Shown one piece after another: positions 33,337 through 42,731 of a stretch of 45,995 bases of DNA. Numbering within the stretch: position 1 is the first letter of the stretch; each line of letters starts with the position of its first letter. The stretch covers positions 1-45,995 of the forward strand of contig JAHITU010000002.1 in NCBI GenBank assembly GCA_018817595.1, in the 5' to 3' direction. The DNA is from Patescibacteria group bacterium (GTDB lineage Bacteria; Patescibacteriota; Minisyncoccia; Phycocordibacterales; UBA12079). The notes below the pieces were generated by a model, which ran no database searches, was not told the DNA's origin, and was given only the letters and a program-made list of their open reading frames with translations. Made by a program: the position numbers and the translations under genes.

Positions 33337-35292
33337 ATGAGTAAAATACTAGGAATTGATTTAGGAACAACAAACTCAGCAATGTCTATTATCGAAGGAG
33401 GGGAAGCAAAGATTTTAGAAAATGCCGAAGGTTCAAGAACTACACCATCTGTAGTAGCTATTTCAAAAACAGGAGAAAGATTAGTTGGACAATTAGCCCG
33501 AAGACAAGCTGTAACTAACCCAAAGAATACAGTGTTTGGTATAAAGAGATTCATTGGACATAAGTTTGACGATAAAGAATTAGACAAGGATAAAGCCACA
33601 GCTCCTTTTGAAATTGTGAAATCAGCCACAGGAGGAACTGAAATAAAAATGGGAGACAAAAATTATAGACCTGAAGAAATTTCAGCCATGATTATTTCTA
33701 AATTAAAAGCTGATGCAGAAGCAAAGATTGGTGAACCTATCACAGAAGCAGTTATTACTGTTCCTGCTTATTTCAATGACTCACAAAGACAAGCTACAAA
33801 AGATGCAGGAAAGATAGCTGGATTGGAAGTAAAAAGAATAATCAATGAACCTACTGCTGCCGCTTTGTCTTATGGTTTTAATAAAAATAACGATCAACAA
33901 ATTGTAGTATTCGATTTCGGAGGTGGAACTTTTGATGTTTCTGTTTTGGAGGTTTCTGATGATACAGTGGAAGTTAAATCAACTGATGGAGATTCTCATA
34001 TGGGAGGAAGAGATATTGACCAAGAAATTATTCAATGGATTATTGCAGAATTTAAAAAAGATTCAGGAATAGATATTTCAAAGGATACTTTAGCTCTACA
34101 AAGACTAGACGAGTCAGCAGAAAAAGCAAAGTTAGAATTATCCACAGCTCAAGAGACAGAAATTAACATTCCGTTTATTACTTCTGGAGAAGATGGACCT
34201 AAACATCTTTTGATAAAAATGACTCGAGCTAAACTAGAAGAATTATCTGAAAAATATATTACAAAATCAATAGAAATTACCAAAAGAGCTGTTGAAGCTT
34301 CTCCTTTCGAAATTGCAGATATAGATGAAGTTATTTTAGTAGGAGGACAGACAAGAATGCCAGCGATTAAAAATGCCGTCAAAGAGTTATTTAATAAAGA
34401 ACCAAATCAATCCATTAACCCTGATGAAGTTGTAGCTGATGGAGCAGCTATTCAAGCTGGAATTTTACAAGGAGATGTTAAAGATGTGCTTTTACTAGAT
34501 GTTATTCCTTTGTCATTGGGTATTGAAACAATGGGGGGTGTGGCTACAAAATTAATCGAAAGAAACACCACTATTCCAACTTCAAAATCTCAAATTTTCT
34601 CTACCGCGGCTGATAATCAACCTTCCGTAGAAATTCACATTACTCAAGGGGAAAGGCCTTTAGCGAGCGATAATAAGAGCCTGGGACGCTTTATATTAGA
34701 AGGGATTACTCCAGCACCGAGAGGAATTCCTCAAGTTGAAGTAACCTTTGATATTGATGCTAATGGTATTTTAAATGTAAAAGCCACAGATAAAGCTAGT
34801 GGTAAAGTTCAATCAATAAGAATCGAAGCTTCTTCAGGATTAACTGATGAAGATGTTGAAAAAATGAAAAAAGATGCAGAAATTCATGCTGATGAAGATA
34901 AGAAGAAAAAAGAAGTCATTGAAATAAAAAATACTTCAGAACAATATATTCATACAGCTGAAAAAGCTTTGAAAGAAAATGAAGCAAAAATTTCAGAAGA
35001 AGTTAAATCAGATGTAAACGCAAAAATTGAAGAAGCAAAAAAAGTAAAAGATGGACAAGATATTGAAGCTATTAAAAAAGCCAACGAAGAACTGTCCGTT
35101 TCTATGCAAAAAATAGGGGAGGAAGTGATGAAGAAAATGCAAGAAGAACAAGCTAAGTCAGCTTCAGCCGGTGGGGAAGCCCCACAAGGAGAAAATGTTC
35201 GCGATGCTGAATATAAACCAGCGGATGAAGACGATAAAAAAGACGAAACCCAAGGAGAAGACTCCTCAGAAGAAAAACCTTCTGAGAATTAA
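33337..35292 (+). CDS. dnaK: Chaperone DnaK
   Basis: [40 protein letters not shown]. Confidence 0.98.
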   Translation: MSKILGIDLGTTNSAMSIIEGGEAKILENAEGSRTTPSVVAISKTGERLVGQLARRQAVTNPKNTVFGIKRFIGHKFDDKELDKDKATAPFEIVKSATGGTEIKMGDKNYRPEEISAMIISKLKADAEAKIGEPITEAVITVPAYFNDSQRQATKDAGKIAGLEVKRIINEPTAAALSYGFNKNNDQQIVVFDFGGGTFDVSVLEVSDDTVEVKSTDGDSHMGGRDIDQEIIQWIIAEFKKDSGIDISKDTLALQRLDESAEKAKLELSTAQETEINIPFITSGEDGPKHLLIKMTRAKLEELSEKYITKSIEITKRAVEASPFEIADIDEVILVGGQTRMPAIKNAVKELFNKEPNQSINPDEVVADGAAIQAGILQGDVKDVLLLDVIPLSLGIETMGGVATKLIERNTTIPTSKSQIFSTAADNQPSVEIHITQGERPLASDNKSLGRFILEGITPAPRGIPQVEVTFDIDANGILNVKATDKASGKVQSIRIEASSGLTDEDVEKMKKDAEIHADEDKKKKEVIEIKNTSEQYIHTAEKALKENEAKISEEVKSDVNAKIEEAKKVKDGQDIEAIKKANEELSVSMQKIGEEVMKKMQEEQAKSASAGGEAPQGENVRDAEYKPADEDDKKDETQGEDSSEEKPSEN

Positions 35293-35318
35293 AAATGATA
35301 AATTATAAATTTTAAATT

Positions 35319-35434
35319 ACGGATTTTGACTTAGTCAAAATCCGTCTCTGCGAGGAGGGAAATTTCTAAAAACAAAAAACTCCAGTTAACTGGAGTTTTT
35401 TGTTTTTAGAAATTTATTGACGCGGCAGTCTAGA
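35319..35434 (+). repeat. CGTC repeat carrying a perfect 56-bp palindrome
   Basis: acggattttgac-tta-gtcaaaatccgt overlapping cgtctctgcgagg, palindrome 35360-35415, then gacgcggcagtctaga. Confidence 0.85.
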
Positions 35435-35919
35435 AAAAACAAAAAAACGTAGGTACCCACATACGAAGAGAAGGAGATCATTGCTCTTAACTAGCATTAC
35501 TATGAACTTTAGTAGTTTCGTTTTTGTATTGTTGATGCCGAGCCTGCCTGCCGGCAGGCAGGCTGCGACCTCTAAATTAGAAACAGGATTGCCTTTCATA
35601 TAAAAACAAAAATGTACCCACCCATGTACCTATTTCTGTAGGTACGAAATCTAATTTATCAATTATACGATTATATATAATCGTATAATTGAAAATAAAA
35701 ATAAAAAAACCTTTTTTTAACACTAAATCTTAAATGACAACTTATTTCGCGGTCGCGAAATAAGTTGCCATTTATAAAAAATAAACAAGTTTAAAATTCA
35801 TAAAAATGTTTTCAATGAAAGTATTGAATTTCAGGAGGTGATTCAGCTATCATATTTACAAAACCCTTTTATAGGAGTATCATAATCTTACTTAAATTAA
35901 TTTTTAAAAATCTATGAAT

Positions 35920-36032
35920 CCCGTTAGAGATTTGGTGAAATATAATAATTATTATAATTAAAAATAAAACGGGAATATGTAATTAACAATTTAATTAAGA
36001 TCGTCTGTCAAAAACAGACTATCTCTAACGAG
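35920..36032 (+). mobile_element. 113-bp MITE-like element abutting the dnaJ start codon
   Basis: Termini cccgttagaga / tctctaacgag; same length as and similar to 38174-38286. Confidence 0.8.
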
Positions 36033-37088
36033 ATGAATAAAGACTACTATAAAATTTTAGGGGTTGATAAAAAGGCTTCAAAAACTGATATTAAGAAGGC
36101 TTTTCATAAATTAGCTCATAAATATCACCCTGATAAAAAAGATGGAGATGAGGCTAAATTCAAAGAAGCCAGTGAGGCTTACTCAGTTTTGTCTGATGAC
36201 CGCAAGAGGTCAGAATATGATACCTATGGACAGTCTTTTGGTGGAAACGGGGCCCCTCAAGGTGGTTTTGGTGGTTTTAGTGGTTTCGGACAAGGTGCCC
36301 AAGGATTTGATTTTGATTTAGGAGATATCTTTGGTGATATTTTCGGGGGAAGAGGTCAAAGGCAAAAAAGAGGATCTGATATCTCTGTTGATATTGAAAT
36401 ATCTTTTGCCGAGGCTGTTTTTGGTATAGAGAGAAAAATTGTTTTAACTAAAAATTCTACTTGTTCAGTTTGTAAAGGAACGGGTGCTAAGGAAGGCTCA
36501 GCAATGGAAACTTGTTCTACCTGTAATGGTCAAGGAAAAGTTCACGAGACAAAACAATCTTTCTTGGGATCATTTTCAACTGTGAGAACTTGTGAAAAAT
36601 GTCAAGGTAAAGGAAAAATACCTAAAGAAAAATGTAAAGAATGTCGTGGAGACGGGATTGCTAGAAAACAAGAAGAATTCAAAATAAAAATACCAGCTGG
36701 AATAAATAACGGAGAAATGATTCGTTTAACAGGAGCAGGGGAGGCAATTCCTGATGGAGTTCCTGGAGACTTATATATTAAAATTCATGTTACCCCACAT
36801 AAAATCTTTAAAAAACAAGGAGTAGATTTGACAATGGACTTAGGAGTTAAATTAACAGATGCATTGTTGGGGGCTGAATATAATGTTGAAACATTAGATG
36901 GGAAAATAGAAATTAAAATTCCAAAAGGAGTCACCCATGGAGAAATTTTAAGAGTAAAGGAAAAAGGGGTGCCAATAACAGATAGAAAGAGAGGAAATTT
37001 ACTGATAACCTTAAATATTAAATTACCAACTAAACTTTCACGCAAAGCTAAACAATTGGTGGAGGAACTAAAAAACGAAGGAGTCTAG
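36033..37088 (+). CDS. dnaJ: Chaperone DnaJ
   Basis: J domain HPD, G/F-rich region, four CxxCxGxG. Confidence 0.98.
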   Translation: MNKDYYKILGVDKKASKTDIKKAFHKLAHKYHPDKKDGDEAKFKEASEAYSVLSDDRKRSEYDTYGQSFGGNGAPQGGFGGFSGFGQGAQGFDFDLGDIFGDIFGGRGQRQKRGSDISVDIEISFAEAVFGIERKIVLTKNSTCSVCKGTGAKEGSAMETCSTCNGQGKVHETKQSFLGSFSTVRTCEKCQGKGKIPKEKCKECRGDGIARKQEEFKIKIPAGINNGEMIRLTGAGEAIPDGVPGDLYIKIHVTPHKIFKKQGVDLTMDLGVKLTDALLGAEYNVETLDGKIEIKIPKGVTHGEILRVKEKGVPITDRKRGNLLITLNIKLPTKLSRKAKQLVEELKNEGV

Positions 37089-37235
37089 TAGAACGCGGAT
37101 TTATGCGGAATGGACGCGGACAAAATGCGGAATTAAAAAATCGGAGAAGTTCAACCTCTCCTATTTTTTATTTTTGTAATAGTTAAAATAAAAAAAGTCC
37201 TACCGGATAAAAATCCGGCAGGACAGGGGACAAAA

Positions 37236-37511
37236 TCATAAATGAAAAAGAACTCTGTTTGGTAAGAAGGGAATATCTGTTTCAGGAACAACAAGACTCA
37301 AATCAACTTTCATATTTATTCTTGAAAGAGCAATTTTTTCAATTTCGCTGGAATTCATTCCTTGAACATACATTTTTTCTTTTGTTTCAAGAGATAAAGA
37401 TCCATCTTTTTGTATTTCAAGAATACATTTCTGGACCCAATTTTCTTTTCTTATTGATTGGAAGTCTTTCCGAAGTTGTTTTTCCCAGTCAATCTTTTTT
37501 TTATTTCCCAT
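37236..37511 (-). CDS. Hypothetical protein
   Basis: 91-aa ORF with SD agagaggt; hairpin at 37198-37224 downstream. Confidence 0.55.
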   Translation of the reverse strand: MGNKKKIDWEKQLRKDFQSIRKENWVQKCILEIQKDGSLSLETKEKMYVQGMNSSEIEKIALSRINMKVDLSLVVPETDIPFLPNRVLFHL

Positions 37512-37529
37512 TTTTTAATACCTCTCTTT

Positions 37530-37661
37530 TTATGTTTTATAAACATTTCTTTTTTTGTCTCTTTTTATTTGATCAACTCTTCGAAAATACTCCTCATCAG
37601 AGATTTTCCCTTTTTGTTTTTTCAAAGGAACTGTTTTAATGACTTCTTTTTTGTCTGTCAT
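37530..37661 (-). CDS. Small basic hypothetical protein (43 aa, not in ORF track)
   Basis: MTDKKEVIKTVPLKKQKGKISDEEYFRRVDQIKRDKKRNVYKT with SD aaaggag. Confidence 0.45.
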   Translation of the reverse strand: MTDKKEVIKTVPLKKQKGKISDEEYFRRVDQIKRDKKRNVYKT

Positions 37662-37812
37662 AATTGAAACTCCTTTTTTAAAAAAAGATTATAGATACAT
37701 CTAACCTCAAGAATATAAGAAAATAGACTTAAAATCAAGTAATAGTGTAAATAAAAAAATAACCTCGTTAATTGAATAATAATATCCAATTAACGAGGTT
37801 TTTATAAATTTA

Positions 37813-37989
37813 TTATTTCACAAATGTGAGTTTAATATGCTGTTCGTTTAATGAAATTTCTCCTGATCTTAATTCATTTGCTTTTCTCAGGGCTTCATTA
37901 TGGGGTATTTCATTAATTTTGCTTTTTTCAAGGATTTTTACCAATACTTTTTCTCCAAAAGACATTTGGTGTTTTTGTTTAGTTTTCAT
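37813..37989 (-). CDS. Small hypothetical protein (58 aa, not in ORF track)
   Basis: MKTKQKHQMSFGEKVLVKILEK...KLTFVK with SD aaaggag; hairpin aacctcgttaattg..caattaacgaggtt downstream. Confidence 0.5.
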   Translation of the reverse strand: MKTKQKHQMSFGEKVLVKILEKSKINEIPHNEALRKANELRSGEISLNEQHIKLTFVK

Positions 37990-38068
37990 CTATATCTCCT
38001 TTAAATAAAAAATTTATTACTTCCTGTATTTAGAATACACAAAAAATTCTCCAAAATCAACACATCTA

Positions 38069-38112
38069 TACTATTTCGTACTCCGACTACGTAGTCGGAG
38101 TACGAAATAGTA
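38069..38112. repeat. Perfect 44-bp palindrome without spacer
   Basis: tactatttcgtactccgactac|gtagtcggagtacgaaatagta. Confidence 0.9.
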
Positions 38113-38173
38113 AAGCGTTCTAGTTTTGCCAGCTGGCGAATTGGTATTTTTATGCTAAAATATTTGTATGCAT

Positions 38174-38286
38174 CCCGTTAGAGATTAGGAGAGATATAAT
38201 AACGATTGTAATTAAAAATAAAACGGGATTAAGGAATTAGTAGCTTAATTAAGATTGTCTGTCAAAAACAGACTATTTCTAACGGG
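38174..38286 (+). mobile_element. 113-bp MITE-like element abutting the tyrS start codon
   Basis: (cat)cccgttaga ... tctaacggg(atg). Confidence 0.8.
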
Positions 38287-39492
38287 ATGAAAATAAACAC
38301 AGACGAAAAAGCAATAGATAATGTTTTAACTCGTGGAGTAGAACAAATCTTTTCAGATAAACTGGAACTAAAAAAACTTCTTATGTCCGGAAAGCAAATT
38401 AAATTATATTGTGGTTATGATCCAACCGCCCCTTCTTTGCATATTGGGAATGCTATTTCTATAAAAAAACTTTCAGAATTTCAAAAACTTGGGCATAAAG
38501 TAATATTTTTAGTGGGGGATTTTACTGCTTTGATTGGAGACCCAACAGATAAAACAGCTACTCGTCCTAAATTAACCAAAGAAGAAATCGAAGAAAACGC
38601 TAAATACTACAAGAAACAAGCATCAATTTTTCTAGATTTTGAAGGAGAAAATCCAGCCGAAATAAAATACAATTCAGAATGGAATGATAAATTAAATTTT
38701 AGAGATTTAATTGAGTTATCTTCTAATTTTACAGTACAACAGATGTTACATAGAGATATGTTTGAAAAAAGATTAGAAGAAGAAAAACCAATCTATCTTC
38801 ATGAATTTTTATATCCTTTAGCTCAGGCTTATGATTCAGTGGCTATGGATGTTGATTTAGAAATCGGAGGAAACGACCAAATGTTTAATATGATGCGAGG
38901 AAGAGATTTGCAAAAGGTAATAAACAATAAAGATAAATCTGTTCTGACTTTAAAGATTCTAGCCGATGACTCTGGTAAAAAAATGGGGAAATCAGAAGGG
39001 AATGCAGTTTTCTTGGATCAAAAACCAGAAGATGTTTACGGTTCTGTAATGTCTTGGGTAGATGGAATTATAGCCAATGCATATGAATTAATGACAGATA
39101 AACCATTAGAAGAAATAGCAGAAATGAGAAAACAAATGGCAGATGGTTCTGTTAACCCGCGAGACCTAAAAATGCAATTAGCCTTTGACTTAGTAGAAAT
39201 TTTCCACAACACAGAAGAAGCCCAAAAAGCCCAAGAAGCCTTCAAAACCCAATTCCAACAAGGCGGAGTGCCAGAAAATATTGAAGAGATAAATATTGAA
39301 GAAAATAAAAATATTTTAGACCTGTTAGTTGAAGTTGGATTTGTTCCTTCGAAATCAGAAGCCCGAAGAAAAATAAAAGAAGGGGCTGTCTACATTAATG
39401 ATGAAAAAGTTGTTGATGTTGACCTAATGAGTCATGGAGATGAAATGATTTTAAAACTTGGCCGTAAAATAATTAAAATAAAAAAGAAATAA
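38287..39492 (+). CDS. tyrS: Tyrosine--tRNA ligase
   Basis: YCGYDPTAPSLHIGN, YPLAQAYD, GGNDQ, KMGKS, C-terminal S4 domain. Confidence 0.97.
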   Translation: MKINTDEKAIDNVLTRGVEQIFSDKLELKKLLMSGKQIKLYCGYDPTAPSLHIGNAISIKKLSEFQKLGHKVIFLVGDFTALIGDPTDKTATRPKLTKEEIEENAKYYKKQASIFLDFEGENPAEIKYNSEWNDKLNFRDLIELSSNFTVQQMLHRDMFEKRLEEEKPIYLHEFLYPLAQAYDSVAMDVDLEIGGNDQMFNMMRGRDLQKVINNKDKSVLTLKILADDSGKKMGKSEGNAVFLDQKPEDVYGSVMSWVDGIIANAYELMTDKPLEEIAEMRKQMADGSVNPRDLKMQLAFDLVEIFHNTEEAQKAQEAFKTQFQQGGVPENIEEINIEENKNILDLLVEVGFVPSKSEARRKIKEGAVYINDEKVVDVDLMSHGDEMILKLGRKIIKIKKK

Positions 39493-39719
39493 AGAAATTT
39501 GCAAAGCAAATTTTTCCTAATTTCCTAAAGCCTATAAGCTAACCTACTAAAAAAAAATGCCCATCCAAGATCTTAAAAAAATAATACCCGCTTTTTTTGA
39601 AAATGTCTGGTACCTTAAACCAGAGTTTCTTTGGTCTTTGAAAAAAGATTTAGCCGAAAAACCACACCCAGAAGCCACCACAAGCTTAAGGGTTTATAAA
39701 CAATTTTATCGGTAGAGAA

Positions 39720-39747
39720 TTGACATGTATATACAAAAGTATATACT
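39720..39747 (+). promoter_or_regulatory. mazEF promoter with palindromic operators
   Basis: ttgaca-N16-tatact overlapping tgtatataca and agtatatact. Confidence 0.65.
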
Positions 39748-39754
39748 TATTTAC

Positions 39755-40003
39755 ATGATAACTGAAACTAAAATAAAAAAATGGGGGAATAGTTTAGCTG
39801 TGAGATTACCAAAAAAAACAGTTGATTTTTTGGGATTGAAAGAAGGTTCTGTTGTTGGTTTCAACTACGATAAAAACCAAATTGTTATAAAACCACAAAA
39901 GGAAAAAGAATATACTTTAGATGAATTACTTGCTAAAGTTACATCAGAAAATATTCATGAAGAAATAGATTTCGGTGGACCATTTGGAAAAGAAATATGG
40001 TAA
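39755..40003 (+). CDS. mazE: AbrB/MazE antitoxin (start revised from 39725)
   Basis: IKKWGNSLAVRLPK, YTLDELLAKVTSENIHEEIDFG..GKEIW. Confidence 0.92.
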   Translation: MITETKIKKWGNSLAVRLPKKTVDFLGLKEGSVVGFNYDKNQIVIKPQKEKEYTLDELLAKVTSENIHEEIDFGGPFGKEIW

Positions 40004-40335
40004 AGAATATATATATTCCAAAACAAGGAGATTTAGTTTGGTTAGATTTTGATCCTGCAAAAGGACACGAACAAAAAGGAAGAAGACCCGCTTTTGTTTT
40101 GTCTTCTGAGAAATATAACAAAAGAATTGGCTTAGTTTTGTTCTGTCCAATAACATCCGTCGCTAAAAATTATCCATTTGAGGTTCTTTTAACTGATGAT
40201 AAAATAAAAGGTGTAATTTTAGTAGATCAAATTAAAAGCTATGATTGGAATAAAAGAAAATTAGAATATATTACTAAAAGTAACCATAATATTACATTAG
40301 AAGTTATTAAAAAAATTAAGACAATAATAGATTAA
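39997..40335 (+). CDS. mazF: MazF/PemK endoribonuclease toxin
   Basis: YIPKQGDLVWLDFDPAKGHEQKGRRPA, CPITS, VDQIKS. Confidence 0.93.
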   Translation: MVKNIYIPKQGDLVWLDFDPAKGHEQKGRRPAFVLSSEKYNKRIGLVLFCPITSVAKNYPFEVLLTDDKIKGVILVDQIKSYDWNKRKLEYITKSNHNITLEVIKKIKTIID

Positions 40336-40417
40336 TTTATTGATTAAAAATAGAATTTTGTTATACTAATAATTAGCAGTACTTAAAATAAACTTATAAT
40401 AAGGAGAATAAAATATC

Positions 40418-41389
40418 ATGAAAAAAATATTACTATCAGGGATAAAACCAACAGGAAGACCACATATCGGTAATTATTTTGGAATGATGAAGCAAATGGT
40501 TGATACTCAAGATGAATATCAATCCTTTCCTTTTATTCCAGATTACCATGCTTTAACATCGGTTCATTCCGCGGAAGATATGCGCAGAGATACCATTAAT
40601 GTCGTTATGGATTTTTTGGCAATTGGACTAGACCCTAAAAAAGTTAATTTATTTAAGCAATCAGATGTCCCTCAAGTAACCGAATTAAATTGGATTTTTA
40701 ATTGTATTACTACCATGCCATATTTGATGAGAGCTCATGCTTTCAAAGATGCTGAAGCAAAAAACAGTGAAATAAATGTAGGAGTTTTTGATTACCCTAT
40801 TTTGATGGCGGCAGATATTTTGATTCAGGATACCGATGTGGTGCCTGTGGGAAAAGACCAAATTCAGCATGTTGAAATGGCTCGTGATATTGCTGAAAAA
40901 TTCAACAAAATCTTTGGAGAAACTTTTAAATTACCAGAATCAAAACTAGTTTCTGGAGTTGAAGTAGTTCCGGGAACAGATGGTCAAAAAATGTCTAAAA
41001 GTCACGGAAATACCATTGGACTTTTTGCCGAAGATGAAGAAATCCACAAAGCTGTGATGAGTATTCCTACAGATTCAAAAGGAATAAACGAATCAAAGGA
41101 CCCAGAAGAATGTAATGTATTTGCTTTGCATAAATTATTTTCTACCGAAGACGAATTAGGAGAATTAAGAAAAAGATATGTAGAAGGGGGAATGGGTTAT
41201 AAAGAAACAAAATATATCTTGATAAAAAATATTCAAAAATTTATCGAGCCTTTAAAGGAAAAAAGAAAAGAAATCGCTCAGTATCCCGAAATTGTCGATG
41301 AAATATTAAGAAAGGGTGGACTAGTAGCAAGAGAAAGAGCTGAAGCAAAAATGATGGATGTAAGAAAGAAAGTAGGCTTGAGTTCATAA
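40418..41389 (+). CDS. trpS: Tryptophan--tRNA ligase
   Basis: SGIKPTG.PHIGNY, YPILMAADIL, VPVGKDQ, KMSKS. Confidence 0.97.
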   Translation: MKKILLSGIKPTGRPHIGNYFGMMKQMVDTQDEYQSFPFIPDYHALTSVHSAEDMRRDTINVVMDFLAIGLDPKKVNLFKQSDVPQVTELNWIFNCITTMPYLMRAHAFKDAEAKNSEINVGVFDYPILMAADILIQDTDVVPVGKDQIQHVEMARDIAEKFNKIFGETFKLPESKLVSGVEVVPGTDGQKMSKSHGNTIGLFAEDEEIHKAVMSIPTDSKGINESKDPEECNVFALHKLFSTEDELGELRKRYVEGGMGYKETKYILIKNIQKFIEPLKEKRKEIAQYPEIVDEILRKGGLVARERAEAKMMDVRKKVGLSS

Positions 41390-41415
41390 TTTATTTACTT
41401 TATATAAACTTTATT

Positions 41416-41506
41416 AAAAATCACTTGGAAGTTCAACTTCCAAGTGATTTTTGTTATTTTTAAGCATTTTTTGAAGCCTCCTTACTTGGAAGTTGAACTT
41501 CCAAGT
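41416..41506. repeat. Inverted doublet of acttggaagt palindromes
   Basis: cacttggaagttcaacttccaagtg and acttggaagttgaacttccaagt. Confidence 0.8.
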
Positions 41507-41624
41507 CTACTTCTGAGTAGAATTTAAGTGCTTTTCTCTTCCAATTTATTAATATTTTGTTATTATCTATGTAGATAGTTCGGTATGATATAAAATACAA
41601 GTTAATTACATAAAGGAGTAAAAA

Positions 41625-42038
41625 ATGAAACTTTTAAATTTTATTGGTGAATTCATCAAAGCATTGTTTTTGATTGTTTTTTGGGTATTTTATCTTATTG
41701 TTGTATTTTTTCCGTATATTGATTATGTATTAAAAAATACAAAAAATGAAGTCTTAGATTCTTTGGCTTGTTTAACAAAAAACACCATTTTATTAACACT
41801 AGGAATAATGTCTTTACTTGCGCCTTTCTTGATAATATTTTGGGGTTTGGATACTTCCTATGTTTTTGAAATCTCTGCCTTGGTGTATTTAATTCTCGGG
41901 TATCTCTTTTTTAGAGATATTTATCCATTTGTGGATATTAATAAAGTGAATCAAAAAATAATTGAACTTTTGAGCCTAGGAACAGGCTTGATTAAAAAGG
42001 TCTTTAAGGCTACTCTCTTTGGTTTTTTTGTGGCTTAG
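41625..42038 (+). CDS. Hypothetical membrane protein (possibly 5' part of a frameshifted gene)
   Basis: Several TM helices, SD aaaggag. Confidence 0.6.
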   Translation: MKLLNFIGEFIKALFLIVFWVFYLIVVFFPYIDYVLKNTKNEVLDSLACLTKNTILLTLGIMSLLAPFLIIFWGLDTSYVFEISALVYLILGYLFFRDIYPFVDINKVNQKIIELLSLGTGLIKKVFKATLFGFFVA

Positions 42039-42267
42039 TTTTGTTTTTCCAGAAGTGTTAGTAGATAATGGATCTACCTACCAAGCTAAAATGGAGATGT
42101 ATTTTTGTTTTGGGATTGCTTCACTTTTAAGTTCTTTCATTTCCTTTATTATTTTAGATAATCTTATACTTTCAATATTGATTGGGATATTAATCTATCT
42201 TATTATCGGTTTGATATCAATTATTGATATCAGAACCGAATGGGGAGACTTTATGCCCCGAGTTTAA
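42019..42267 (+). CDS. Hydrophobic ORF, probably the continuation of the preceding gene
   Basis: Overlaps the upstream ORF at a T-run; resembles its TM unit. Confidence 0.45.
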   Translation: MVFLWLSFVFPEVLVDNGSTYQAKMEMYFCFGIASLLSSFISFIILDNLILSILIGILIYLIIGLISIIDIRTEWGDFMPRV

Positions 42268-42337
42268 ATTCTCAAGCACTTGGACACCCGATGTCCAAGT
42301 GCTTTACTTTTTTGTTTGAGTGCTTTAGAATTATTAC

Positions 42338-42540
42338 AAAGCTAAGATACTGATGACACAGTGGAGCTAAAGGAAGAAATCTCGAAAAGCGAGAGAGTAG
42401 AACTTTTCGGGTAAGCCCGTTATCGCTGTAAACGAAGTTGCAATTCTGCAAAAATTAGGGTGGCACCGCGAAATAATCAATTAAATCGCCCCTATAAATT
42501 TACCAAAGCATTGGTGAATTTATAGGGGTTATTTTAATTT
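42338..42540 (+). promoter_or_regulatory. T-box riboswitch (transcriptional) upstream of aspS
   Basis: T-box aattagggtggcaccgcg (42453-42470) pairing with cgcccc; terminator cccctataaatttacca..tggtgaatttatagggg + U-tract; gcccgttatc stem IIA/B motif; promoter tttact-N17-tagaat at 42303-42331. Confidence 0.85.
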
Positions 42541-42594
42541 AGAAAGTGGGGAGTGGAAGGTAGAAAGTTGTGAAATTTTACTTTGTAAAATTTA

Positions 42595-42686
42595 TTACGA
42601 AAAGCTAAAGCTTTTCGTCTTCGCGAGGAGTTCACTTTCCCAACTTTTGAAAAAGTTGGGAAAGTGAAAGACGACGCGATCCAGAG
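42595..42686 (+). repeat. CGTC repeat with a 38-bp palindrome cargo, between the T-box terminator and aspS
   Basis: acgaaaagctaaagcttttcgtcttcgcgagg-[ttcactttcccaactttt-ga-aaaagttgggaaagtgaa]-gacgacgcgatccagag. Confidence 0.85.
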
Positions 42687-42731
42687 ATATAAAAGTTACT
42701 AAAAGAATTATTAATTTAGTTAAATAAAAAC

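Noticed and set aside
35480-35600. c-di-GMP-I riboswitch on the minus strand (ggcaatcct..ggtcgca; actaaag..atgctag)
   Set aside because: Only partial motif resemblance, no GNRA loop, and no downstream gene on that strand
39558-39716. Possible gene remnant between tyrS and mazE
   Set aside because: Short broken frames with no recognisable family; cannot be supported
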